Below are positions 27,196 through 34,919 of a stretch of 41,391 nucleotides of DNA, piece after piece. This DNA comes from a virus (lineage: Duplodnaviria > Caudoviricetes), in the IMG/VR virus record IMGVR_UViG_3300049167_000122, positions 1 through 41,391 of that record; one strand, written 5' to 3'. The position numbers were made by a program, and so were the translations under genes. The stretch's first letter is position 1. The number at the start of each line of letters is the position of its first letter. Below the pieces are notes generated by a model. The model made no database searches and was not told the origin of the DNA. It saw only the letters and a list, made by a program, of their open reading frames with translations.

Positions 27196-27426
27196 TCAGG
27201 CGGCCTCGCTTTCGGACGAAAATTTTTGAGAACGAAGACGCCGGAGCAGCGCATAATCGATGCCTCTTATTCCTAGCCGGGGCGCGGCTTCGATCAGATC
27301 CCCCCAATATTCTGCGGGGATCGAGCCCCGAGCTTTCATCACCCGAACGTGGCTATCCTTGACGCCGATGATCTCGGCGACACGCTTTGCCCCAAAGGCG
27401 TCAATGACTGATTCAAAGCTGTCCAT
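27196..27426 (-). CDS. cro: Cro-like HTH protein
   Basis: VIDAFG..VAEIIGV..RGSIPAEYW; divergent from cI. Confidence 0.85.
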   Translation of the reverse strand: MDSFESVIDAFGAKRVAEIIGVKDSHVRVMKARGSIPAEYWGDLIEAAPRLGIRGIDYALLRRLRSQKFSSESEAA

Positions 27427-27431
27427 ATGCA

Positions 27432-27498
27432 ATCGCTACCTGAAGTAGCGATTACTGTCAACGCGGCATGTAGCGAGAAACCGGCTACACTGCGTAGC
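27432..27498. promoter_or_regulatory. PR/OR region
   Basis: ATCGCTAC-N5-GTAGCGAT (27432-27452), half-site at 27470, GCTAC-N5-GTAGC (27484-27498); minus-strand TTGACA at 27461-27456. Confidence 0.8.
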
Positions 27499-28323
27499 AT
27501 GGCGATGGATGATATTCGGGCACAGCAAGGCGAGCGGCTAGCCCAAGTTAGGCTCGCGGCCGGCTGGCGGTCAGCGAGGGCCGCCGCATTGGAAAATAGC
27601 TGGGCTGAATCCACGTACCGCGCACACGAAAACGGTACACGGACAATCGGGTTAGATGACGCCGAAGCCTATGCTAGGCGCTTCCGCGCTCGTGGGCTCG
27701 ATGTCACCGCGCAATATATTCTGTTTGGCCCAAAGGTGGACAGAATGGATATCCCCGCGATCGAACCATTTGACGAATTCGAGAAACGAACCGCAGTCGC
27801 GGCGCAGGGAGACGCGGCGACGCAAATTAAGACTGCTTCCGTTCCAGTGCCCTATATCGCAGAGCCAAATGCCGGAACCGTAACTCCAACCATACGGGGC
27901 CCGGATGGGCCTCCGCTACCCCGCGTCCAAGAACTCGGGGTCGGTGTCGCCAGCATCGACGACGACGACAGCGCCTTCTACCTCAACGGCCAAACCATCG
28001 ACCATGTCCCGCGCCCGCCGGGCCTCGCCAACCGCCAGGACGTCTTCGCCCTTCGCGTGGCAAACCTCTCGATGTGGCCGAAATTCCGCGACGGCGAGCG
28101 CGTCTATGTTGATACCAAACGGCCGGCGATCGAGGACTTTGTGGTCGTCGAGCTTCATCCGGCGATCGAAGGCGACCCCGGTAAGGCCTATGTCAAGATG
28201 CTGGTCGCCCGAGACGGCAAAAAACTCACGGTCGAGCAGTTCAATCCGCCGGGCCGCCTCGAATTTCGGAACGACGAGATCAAGAGGGTCTATCGCGTCA
28301 TTCCGAATGAGGAGCTTTGGTGA
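27499..28323 (+). CDS. cI: CI-like repressor (HTH plus S24 peptidase)
   Basis: STYRAHENGTR HTH; SMWP serine and YVKML lysine; start at 27499 or 27505. Confidence 0.9.
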   Translation: MAMDDIRAQQGERLAQVRLAAGWRSARAAALENSWAESTYRAHENGTRTIGLDDAEAYARRFRARGLDVTAQYILFGPKVDRMDIPAIEPFDEFEKRTAVAAQGDAATQIKTASVPVPYIAEPNAGTVTPTIRGPDGPPLPRVQELGVGVASIDDDDSAFYLNGQTIDHVPRPPGLANRQDVFALRVANLSMWPKFRDGERVYVDTKRPAIEDFVVVELHPAIEGDPGKAYVKMLVARDGKKLTVEQFNPPGRLEFRNDEIKRVYRVIPNEELW

Positions 28324-28412
28324 TGATGAGGGTTTTTTGCAGCGGCTCCCTCGAAGAAGACGTCGAAATCGAATGGATTGCCCCGGTTCTCATGCTCGTG
28401 CCGAGGTAATGC

Positions 28413-28952
28413 GTGCTTGAGGAAATCAGCAGCATCTATGCGCGGCAGAAATTCGTTTTTGACTGGCCGATGCCTGACCAGTGGGCGCCAATAAGATCCG
28501 ATCGTTCGCTGTTCTCAAACGCGAAGCTCGCTCTCCCCCTCTCTGACGAAACTGGCGTCTCGATTGGCGGTCTCCAATTGATCCTGCAGTTCGACGCCGT
28601 CGGATCTCAAGACGGCAGCGTCATCCTGCATTACTGCGACCGCCTGAACTGGCATCTGGGCCGTTTCGATTTCGGCGACAGCGAACGGCACAATAACCGA
28701 CGCGCGATGGCAGCCGGTGTGCAGGGGCTTCTTCCAATGGTCGAAGGGTCGCATTGCCACAGCTTGCTCGACAACACACGTTTGGGTATTGACGCGTTCC
28801 GTGCGGCCGCCGGCTGCCCGCCCGCTGCTAGGCCGATTGACGATTTTCCTGCATCATTTCGTCAACGTATGAGGTTAGTATCTGCCGAGTTCAACATCGA
28901 CGGCTTAGTGGAACTCCCGCCGCCACCATACCAGGGCGACCTGCTGCGATGA
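28413..28952 (+). CDS. Hypothetical protein with RxD..HxN..HxH motif (DUF6978-like)
   Basis: LGRFDF..RHNN..GSHCH; GAGG RBS, GTG start. Confidence 0.7.
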   Translation: MLEEISSIYARQKFVFDWPMPDQWAPIRSDRSLFSNAKLALPLSDETGVSIGGLQLILQFDAVGSQDGSVILHYCDRLNWHLGRFDFGDSERHNNRRAMAAGVQGLLPMVEGSHCHSLLDNTRLGIDAFRAAAGCPPAARPIDDFPASFRQRMRLVSAEFNIDGLVELPPPPYQGDLLR

Positions 28953-29713
28953 CCCAGAACGCCGACATCATGCAAATTGCCGTCACCGTCGCGGAGAGCC
29001 TCGCGACAGCGAAACGTCGCGGGGAATCCGCTGTGATTTCGACGCCGATCCTGGCTTACGGCCACACCTTTGTGCCGGTACACATCAACCCTCACGAGAA
29101 CGGAGCTCTTGTCTCGGACGGCGGGTTCGCAAAGCGCGAGGCCTCGCTTCTGGGCGGCGATAATGTCTTTGGACCGCAAGCTCGCCGTGCTGCGGCTCAT
29201 TACGGCGCGAGCTTTGATGGTGACATTTTCTACTCGGTCGAGAACGCATCAGAGATTGCCGCTCTGGTTAGCGCGGTAGCTTCCGTCGCCAACGCGTCGA
29301 AGGCGGCGATCGAAGGCGTGATGCAGCGGATGGCAGAGACGCATATCGACGATAACCGCGAAGTGGTCTTCCGGACATTGCGGGAATCGTTCCCCCACTG
29401 GCAGCTCATGACCGGCGCCAAGGCGAAGCTTTCCGGTGCTCGCGAGCAATGGGAGTTCGACGCGATCGTGCAGAGCCCTGGTAACGCTCTGGCAATCGAC
29501 ATTGTCTCGCCTCACGCCGGGTCAGTGACTTCGTCTTTCGCTAAGTTCTTCGACATACGGCACCTTGAAACCGATCGACGACCGATCGGGGTGGGCGTGC
29601 TGCTAGACAAAGAGAAGACCCCTAGATTGAGCCTGATTGCCGACGTCGCGAGCCTGATGCCAATCGAATCGGTCAATGAGCGCAGCTGGCACCGCCTGGC
29701 CAAAGCCGCGTAG
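28949..29713 (+). CDS. DUF1828/DUF1829-like protein
   Basis: ISTP..VPVHI..LVSDGG N-domain; WEFDAIV..AIDIVSPHAGSV..AKFFDI nuclease-like C-domain. Confidence 0.7.
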   Translation: MTQNADIMQIAVTVAESLATAKRRGESAVISTPILAYGHTFVPVHINPHENGALVSDGGFAKREASLLGGDNVFGPQARRAAAHYGASFDGDIFYSVENASEIAALVSAVASVANASKAAIEGVMQRMAETHIDDNREVVFRTLRESFPHWQLMTGAKAKLSGAREQWEFDAIVQSPGNALAIDIVSPHAGSVTSSFAKFFDIRHLETDRRPIGVGVLLDKEKTPRLSLIADVASLMPIESVNERSWHRLAKAA

Positions 29714-29735
29714 GTCTGATGCGTCAGCCGTTACC

Positions 29736-29764
29736 AAAGCCCGCTCTAGCCGGCGGGCTTTTTC
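29736..29764 (+). terminator. Intrinsic terminator (possibly bidirectional)
   Basis: AAAGCCCGC-N8-GCGGGCTTTTT. Confidence 0.85.
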
Positions 29765-29808
29765 TGGGCGACGACCGTCGGTAGACCGCCGGCGCCGGCG
29801 CTCAGGAT

Positions 29809-30063
29809 CTACGCCGCGCGCGCTCGGATTGGCACTCGCTTGAAGACCGGGATCAGCGATAGGCGGTGACGTTCCCCACAATGGGTGCACCGAAGCCGAC
29901 CACGCAGCTCATCTACTTCGACGAAGCCCTTTTCGCGGAGCGTGGTGAGATCATCCTCCGCCATTCGCTTGCCCCGACCGCATGGCCTGCAGGCGACCTC
30001 GAGTGCTTCCAGTTGGCATAACGGCGGTATCGGCATCTGACGATCTGACCAGGCTAAACTCAT
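29809..30063 (-). CDS. Small Zn-ribbon protein
   Basis: CRPCG..RLRCTHCG; 84 aa. Confidence 0.75.
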   Translation of the reverse strand: MSLAWSDRQMPIPPLCQLEALEVACRPCGRGKRMAEDDLTTLREKGFVEVDELRGRLRCTHCGERHRLSLIPVFKRVPIRARAA

Positions 30064-30082
30064 TACTCGCGCCCTGACCTTT

Positions 30083-30097
30083 GTTCCCGTTAAGTTC
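30083..30097 (-). promoter_or_regulatory. Alphaproteobacterial LexA (SOS) box
   Basis: GTTC-CCGTTAA-GTTC, 20 bp upstream of ATG 30063. Confidence 0.8.
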
Positions 30098-30164
30098 TCA
30101 TTTACGACTCAGATCACGCGGCGAGTCGAATCATTTTTGCCTCCCGTCAAAATTATCCGGCGCT

Positions 30165-30210
30165 ATCGCTACATCATGTATTGACCGTTACCGCTACTTC
30201 ATGTAGCGAT
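30165..30210 (+). promoter_or_regulatory. PL/OL region
   Basis: ATCGCTAC-N5-GTATTGAC and CGCTAC-N5-GTAGCG; TTGACC at 30181. Confidence 0.8.
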
Positions 30211-30239
30211 ATCTCCATCAACCCGATGGAGCAGCCGCC

Positions 30240-30608
30240 ATGTTCGCCGTCACCTACCAAGCCGAAGAGTTGAACCTGATCCCGGCGATCCGTCATGGCC
30301 AGGTTCTGTTCAACGGCGACATCGACCTGAACGCGAAGCCGGACGGCTCGTGGGAGATCGAGAACATCTGGATCGCGACCATGACCCCGCCTCCGCAGGG
30401 CATCCGCTACCTCTACGGGCTGGAGAAGCTGGCGCAGGACCACCCGCTGCATGCGCTGATCGTGAAGGCCGCTGAGGCGCACGACAAGGCGACGAACGCG
30501 ATCACCGACTTCGTGGTCGACGAGCTCGAAGGCGCCTCCCGCGCCGCTTATCACGACTACCGCTACCAGTTGGGCAAGGACACCGCCCGCGGGCTGGAGC
30601 TGCGCTGA
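30240..30608 (+). CDS. Early hypothetical protein
   Basis: 122 aa, GGAG RBS, first gene after PL. Confidence 0.75.
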   Translation: MFAVTYQAEELNLIPAIRHGQVLFNGDIDLNAKPDGSWEIENIWIATMTPPPQGIRYLYGLEKLAQDHPLHALIVKAAEAHDKATNAITDFVVDELEGASRAAYHDYRYQLGKDTARGLELR

Positions 30609-30829
30609 TGGTCACCAGTTTCGAATACTGGATCGGCCGGGCGCTGACCCACATGCAGCGCCTGCCGGCACCGCGGACGCCGGGCGCGCGTCGCCTGATC
30701 CTCGGGGATGTCGCCGGGTTTCTTCGCCGGGCGCTGACCGAGGCGAACCGGCTCGGCGACGCCTCTCGTAAGGCGCTCTGCCTACGCCTCCTGAACTGGC
30801 TCCGTGCTGACCTGCGGAGGCTGGCATGA
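30608..30829 (+). CDS. Early hypothetical protein
   Basis: 73 aa, coupled. Confidence 0.7.
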   Translation: MVTSFEYWIGRALTHMQRLPAPRTPGARRLILGDVAGFLRRALTEANRLGDASRKALCLRLLNWLRADLRRLA

Positions 30830-31140
30830 AGACCGTCACTTATTACGTGCCAGCCTTCGACCTGAACGAAGCTCGCGAGGTGGCTTACGCTGTCCAGGCG
30901 GGCCGAATGAAGCATGTCGAACACTATCTCGACGAGGCTGCTGCGGAACGCGTCTGCGCTCACCTGAACAGGCTGGGCTCCAAGCCGCGCCAGGTCTTTA
31001 CGATCCTGCTCGAGCAGCGCGTCACGGATGACGGCCGGATCCCGGTCGCTTGGCCCGTCGACCGGATCGGCAGCATCGCCGCCGCGCTTCTGCTGATCAT
31101 CGGCGGGCCATTCCTGGTCGGCCTCGCGACGCTTGTTTGA
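30826..31140 (+). CDS. Early hypothetical protein with C-terminal membrane anchor
   Basis: Ends IAAALLLIIGGPFLVGLATLV. Confidence 0.7.
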   Translation: MKTVTYYVPAFDLNEAREVAYAVQAGRMKHVEHYLDEAAAERVCAHLNRLGSKPRQVFTILLEQRVTDDGRIPVAWPVDRIGSIAAALLLIIGGPFLVGLATLV

Positions 31141-31206
31141 GCGCCGCGCCAGCACCCCGCTTTCCCCCGAGAAAGCTCTCCCACCAAGACGGAACAGGAG
31201 CCTGAC

Positions 31207-31557
31207 ATGAGCACGGAGACGAAGTTCACGCCGGGGCCGTTGGCTATTGGTCCAGCCCATGTTGTCCGCAGGGTGTTCAATCTGCCTGCGCCCGATGGGC
31301 GGCGCTGCACGCAATTCATCGCTGAGTTCTTCTCGACGCCAGGACCGGATGGGTTTTTGGTTGACGGCCATGCCAACGCGTCGCGCATGGTCCTGACGTG
31401 GAACTGCCACGATGATCTTGTGTCGGCACTGAGAGACCTTACCGACGCCATCGACGATGGCCTCTGCAACTCAGGCGTTCCGGGGTTCGATGCGGACCGG
31501 CTTGATCGCGCGATGGTATCTGCGCGCGAAGCCCTCGCCAAGGCGGGGCGGCTATGA
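31207..31557 (+). CDS. Early hypothetical phage protein
   Basis: KFTPGP..ANA..DLVSAL..AREALAKA pattern; AGGAG RBS. Confidence 0.75.
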   Translation: MSTETKFTPGPLAIGPAHVVRRVFNLPAPDGRRCTQFIAEFFSTPGPDGFLVDGHANASRMVLTWNCHDDLVSALRDLTDAIDDGLCNSGVPGFDADRLDRAMVSAREALAKAGRL

Positions 31558-31667
31558 ACTGGCACGAGCCCGCAATCACAGCAGCGCACGTGGAGGCCGC
31601 ATGATCCTCGCGGATGCCACCAAAGAGAATGCGCCATGACGAGGACGGTGGAGATGGAGAGGCGCAC

Positions 31668-31841
31668 ATGAGCCGAACTCCTGCACGCATCACCCAGGCA
31701 GACATCGCGCGCGCCGTGCGAGCTGTGGCGCAATGCGGCGTCGCGGCCACGATCGAGATATCGCGTGACGGCACCATGCGCGTGATCGTCAGGGATGAGG
31801 CGATCAAGCCTGTTGAGCGCAAGCGGGAGATCGTGCTGTGA
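31668..31841 (+). CDS. Putative excisionase
   Basis: 57 aa MSRTPARITQADIARAV..EISRDG; overlaps integrase start. Confidence 0.6.
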   Translation: MSRTPARITQADIARAVRAVAQCGVAATIEISRDGTMRVIVRDEAIKPVERKREIVL

Positions 31842-32947
31842 TCGACGACATGCCCCGCCCTCGTCCGCCACACCTGCACAAAGAGACCACGCGCCACGGC
31901 GTGACCGTCTGGTACGTCCGCAAGGGGAAAGGCCCACGAACGCGAATAGACCACACCTACGGCACGGATGAGTTCAAGGCAGCCTATGACGCCGCCGTGG
32001 CTGGCGAGCCCATAGCGAAGCCCGGCAAGGCGTCTGCCGGCAGCTTGCGCTGGCTTGTCGAGCGTTACCGAGACAGCGCCGCATGGGGCGATTTGTCGCC
32101 CGCAACGCGCAAGCAGCGCGACAACATTTTCAGGGGCGTTCTGGAGAAGTCCGGCGCGGTCCCGTTCAAAGACATCGACCGCAAGGCGATCGTCGCCGGC
32201 AAGGAGCGCCGCAAGTCAACCCCAGCCATGGCCCGCCATTTCGTCGAGATGATGCGCGGCCTGTTTCGCTGGGCCGTCGATGCGGAGTTCGTCGCTGAAG
32301 ATCCGACGCGCGATGTCAAAATCGTCAAGCCGAAGACGCAGGGGCACCATACTTGGACCGATGAGGAATGCGATCGGTTCGAGGCCCGGTGGCCGCTAGG
32401 CACCCGCGAGCGGCTAGCATTTGACATCCTGGCCTATACCGGCTTCCGCCGTGGCGATGCGGCAATCTTCGGACGGCAGCACATCCGCAACGGCATCATC
32501 ACGCTGAGGACGGAGAAAAGCCAGGGTCAGGTCACCGTGATCCTGCCGCTGCTTCCGCCACTGGAGAGATCAATCGCGGCCGCCAAGACAGGGGACCTGA
32601 CCTTCATTGCTGACAAGCACGGCAACGGGCTTTCCAAGGAAGGCTTCGGAAATTGGTTCGCTGAGGCCTGCATCGCAGCTGGAGTGCCGGGTCGAGCGCA
32701 CGGATTGCGAAAAGCAGGCGCGACCAGGGCCGCGAACAATGGCGCGACCGAATCTCAGTTGGAAGCGATTTTCGGCTGGCGGGGCGGCGGAATGGCCTCG
32801 CTCTACACCCGCAAGGCCAACCGGGAGAAGCTGGCCAGAGGCGCGGCGGCGCTGCTCATGCCGGAACCAAAACCGAACTCCTATTCCCGCACCTCTGTAT
32901 CCGGTGCGGGAACCAACGCTAAAAGCACCGGAGAATCAGATGCTTAG
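31838..32947 (+). CDS. int: Tyrosine integrase
   Basis: YTGFRRGD, HGLRK, FGW, catalytic Tyr in SLYTR; start at 31838 or 31850. Confidence 0.95.
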   Translation: MIDDMPRPRPPHLHKETTRHGVTVWYVRKGKGPRTRIDHTYGTDEFKAAYDAAVAGEPIAKPGKASAGSLRWLVERYRDSAAWGDLSPATRKQRDNIFRGVLEKSGAVPFKDIDRKAIVAGKERRKSTPAMARHFVEMMRGLFRWAVDAEFVAEDPTRDVKIVKPKTQGHHTWTDEECDRFEARWPLGTRERLAFDILAYTGFRRGDAAIFGRQHIRNGIITLRTEKSQGQVTVILPLLPPLERSIAAAKTGDLTFIADKHGNGLSKEGFGNWFAEACIAAGVPGRAHGLRKAGATRAANNGATESQLEAIFGWRGGGMASLYTRKANREKLARGAAALLMPEPKPNSYSRTSVSGAGTNAKSTGESDA

Positions 32948-32955
32948 AAAAGAGA

Positions 32956-33040
32956 TGGTGGGGGAAGCAGGACTCGAACCTGCGAAGGCATAGCCAGCGG
33001 ATTTACAGTCCGCCCCCTTTGCCGCTCGGGACATTCCCCC
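32956..33040 (-). tRNA. tRNA-Tyr(GTA)
   Basis: GGGGGAA/TTCCCCC acceptor, CTGTAAA anticodon loop, long variable arm, GGTTCGAGTCC, CCA. Confidence 0.97.
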
Positions 33041-33115
33041 GCCCGCGCCTCGTCGGCTTGAAGCCGTCGGGCGCCACCCATGTCACTTGCGTGACGGGCG
33101 ACTGGCGCGGCCGGA

Positions 33116-33144
33116 CTTATGGTGACCGGGCCTTAGGCTGTCAA
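33116..33144 (-). promoter_or_regulatory. Sigma70 promoter of tRNA-Tyr
   Basis: TTGACA-N17-CATAAG followed by a GC-rich discriminator. Confidence 0.7.
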
Positions 33145-33165
33145 CCCTTGTGCCGTCTTAGAATC

Positions 33166-33714
33166 TCATCCTGCACCGATACGATCGAGAAGGAACTCCG
33201 CCCGCTCGGCGACGCCAACCCGCGGCAGCACGCACAATTCATAGCCATAATCGCGATAAACTCCGGCCAGGACGTCATAGGTCCGGCAGGCCTCCGCAAA
33301 ATCCTGCCGGCGTTCGGCATCATTTTCGTAGATCTGGCGCCAGGGTGGCGCGATGAACACGTCGCGGCGATAGCGCAGCCGCTTCGACATCGCATCGAGA
33401 TCGGCTGGAACCGGAAGACCGCAGAGCCGCAGGTAACCGATAACGTCGGGAATGCCGCGATCGAACACCATCGGCCCCGCCAGCGCCTGCGCCGCCTCGT
33501 AGGCTTTCACGTCGAACGCGGTCATCAGCGCGGCAAACAGAGCGCGATCGGCCCAGGGCAGCCCCGCGCCCGAGATCGCCTGCTGCTCGCGGATCACCGC
33601 CCGCCCCGCCTCCGGCGAGGTCGCGATACCCCGCCGCGCCAGCTCGGCGATCACGGTCGTCTTGCCGCTGCCCGGCCCGCCCGTCACGATCGCGAATCGC
33701 TCGCTGCCAGTCAT
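33166..33714 (-). CDS. AAA family P-loop ATPase (NadR/AAA_28-like)
   Basis: VTGGPGSGKTT, FDRGIPD, PPWRQIYENDAERRQ. Confidence 0.88.
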   Translation of the reverse strand: MTGSERFAIVTGGPGSGKTTVIAELARRGIATSPEAGRAVIREQQAISGAGLPWADRALFAALMTAFDVKAYEAAQALAGPMVFDRGIPDVIGYLRLCGLPVPADLDAMSKRLRYRRDVFIAPPWRQIYENDAERRQDFAEACRTYDVLAGVYRDYGYELCVLPRVGVAERAEFLLDRIGAG

Positions 33715-33859
33715 ATTCTGCTCCCTTCCGGGTCTGAGTTCGATTTCAAGCCGATCTCCCGTGTCGAACCGCGTGCTTTCGTCGGCGCCGCATCGCCGCG
33801 CACTGGTCAAGCGCCGGTAGCCATGGCAGGGCATAGGCCTGGTTCCTTGGAGACATTCG

Positions 33860-34666
33860 ATGCCCGCGCCGTTTCGCCCCAAATCCGGGAAACCCGCCGG
33901 CCCCCATGGCGGCAGGCCGCAGCGCCGCGCCGACGGGACGCTGCCGCATCGCCCGGGCGATATCGACGAAGCCGTGCTCTATGGCGTCCACCCGGTCATC
34001 GAGGCCCTGCGCAACCCCAAGCGGCGCCATCGCCGCCTGCTCGCCACCGAGAACGCCCTCCGGCGCCTGACCGAGGAAATCGGCGAACTGCCGCTCGAGG
34101 CCGAGCTCGTGCGCCCCTCGGAGATCGACCGCATGCTCACCCCCGATTCGGTGCATCAGGGGCTTTATCTGGTCTGCGATCCCCTGCCCTCGCCCGATCT
34201 CGACAGTCTCCCGGACGATGCCATCGTGCTGGCGCTCGACCAGATCACCGATCCGCACAATGTCGGCGCGATCCTGCGTTCGGCCGCAGCCTTCGCCGCA
34301 GCGGCCGTGATCGTCACCATCCGGCATTCGCCGGCGGCCACCGGCGTGCTCGCCAAATCGGCCTCCGGAGCCCTCGAACATGTCCCTTTGATCGCCGTGC
34401 GCAATCTCGGCGATGCCCTGGATGAGCTCGGCAAGCGCGGCTTCCAGCGCATCGGCTTCGATTCGGATGGCGAGGTCGCCTTCGACGACGTCGAGTTGCG
34501 CCGGCCATTGGTGATGGTGATGGGCGCCGAGGGCAAGGGCCTGCGCCAGCGCAGCCGCGAGCTCTGCGACCAGGTCGCGCGCCTCGAGGTTCCCGGCACG
34601 ATCACCAGCCTCAACGTCTCGAACGCCACGGCGATTGCGCTCTACGCGGCCAGCCGACGGCGCTGA
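33860..34666 (+). CDS. rlmB: 23S rRNA Gm2251 methyltransferase (TrmH/SpoU family)
   Basis: LYGVHPV, HQG, LDQITDPHNVGAILRSA, GAEGKG, SLNVSNA. Confidence 0.92.
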   Translation: MPAPFRPKSGKPAGPHGGRPQRRADGTLPHRPGDIDEAVLYGVHPVIEALRNPKRRHRRLLATENALRRLTEEIGELPLEAELVRPSEIDRMLTPDSVHQGLYLVCDPLPSPDLDSLPDDAIVLALDQITDPHNVGAILRSAAAFAAAAVIVTIRHSPAATGVLAKSASGALEHVPLIAVRNLGDALDELGKRGFQRIGFDSDGEVAFDDVELRRPLVMVMGAEGKGLRQRSRELCDQVARLEVPGTITSLNVSNATAIALYAASRRR

Positions 34667-34919
34667 TAACGCGTTTCCGCCAGATTGCCGGCAATTTTTT
34701 GCGTGGAAACCCTCTGCATCCTTCGTCGTACGACGAAGGATGCAAGACCAAGTGCCTGATTGCCTGAGGGCCGATCTGCGCGCAATCGTCTGCGTCGAAC
34801 TGGAATGCTGGGCCTCGCCCGCGTTCCGGCATGCTGGCATCGTCCATCAGAAAACGAGCCAGCGCAAGCGGGCAGCCCGAATGGTCAGGCTGCCGGGGAT
34901 TTAGCAGGGGAGATGACGC

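Larger units (their letters stand above)
1..33000. mobile_element. Temperate prophage (contractile tail), partial; boundary lies in the 3' part of tRNA-Tyr
   Basis: Ordered baseplate-tail-head-terminase-replication-immunity-integrase modules. Integrase ends 8 bp from the tRNA CCA end and host genes follow. The exact att core cannot be fixed without the other end. Confidence 0.95.

Noticed and set aside
1-33000. Lysis genes, tail fibres, DGR/reverse transcriptase, second att copy
   Set aside because: None seen here; lysis, fibre genes and the second att probably lie beyond the left edge
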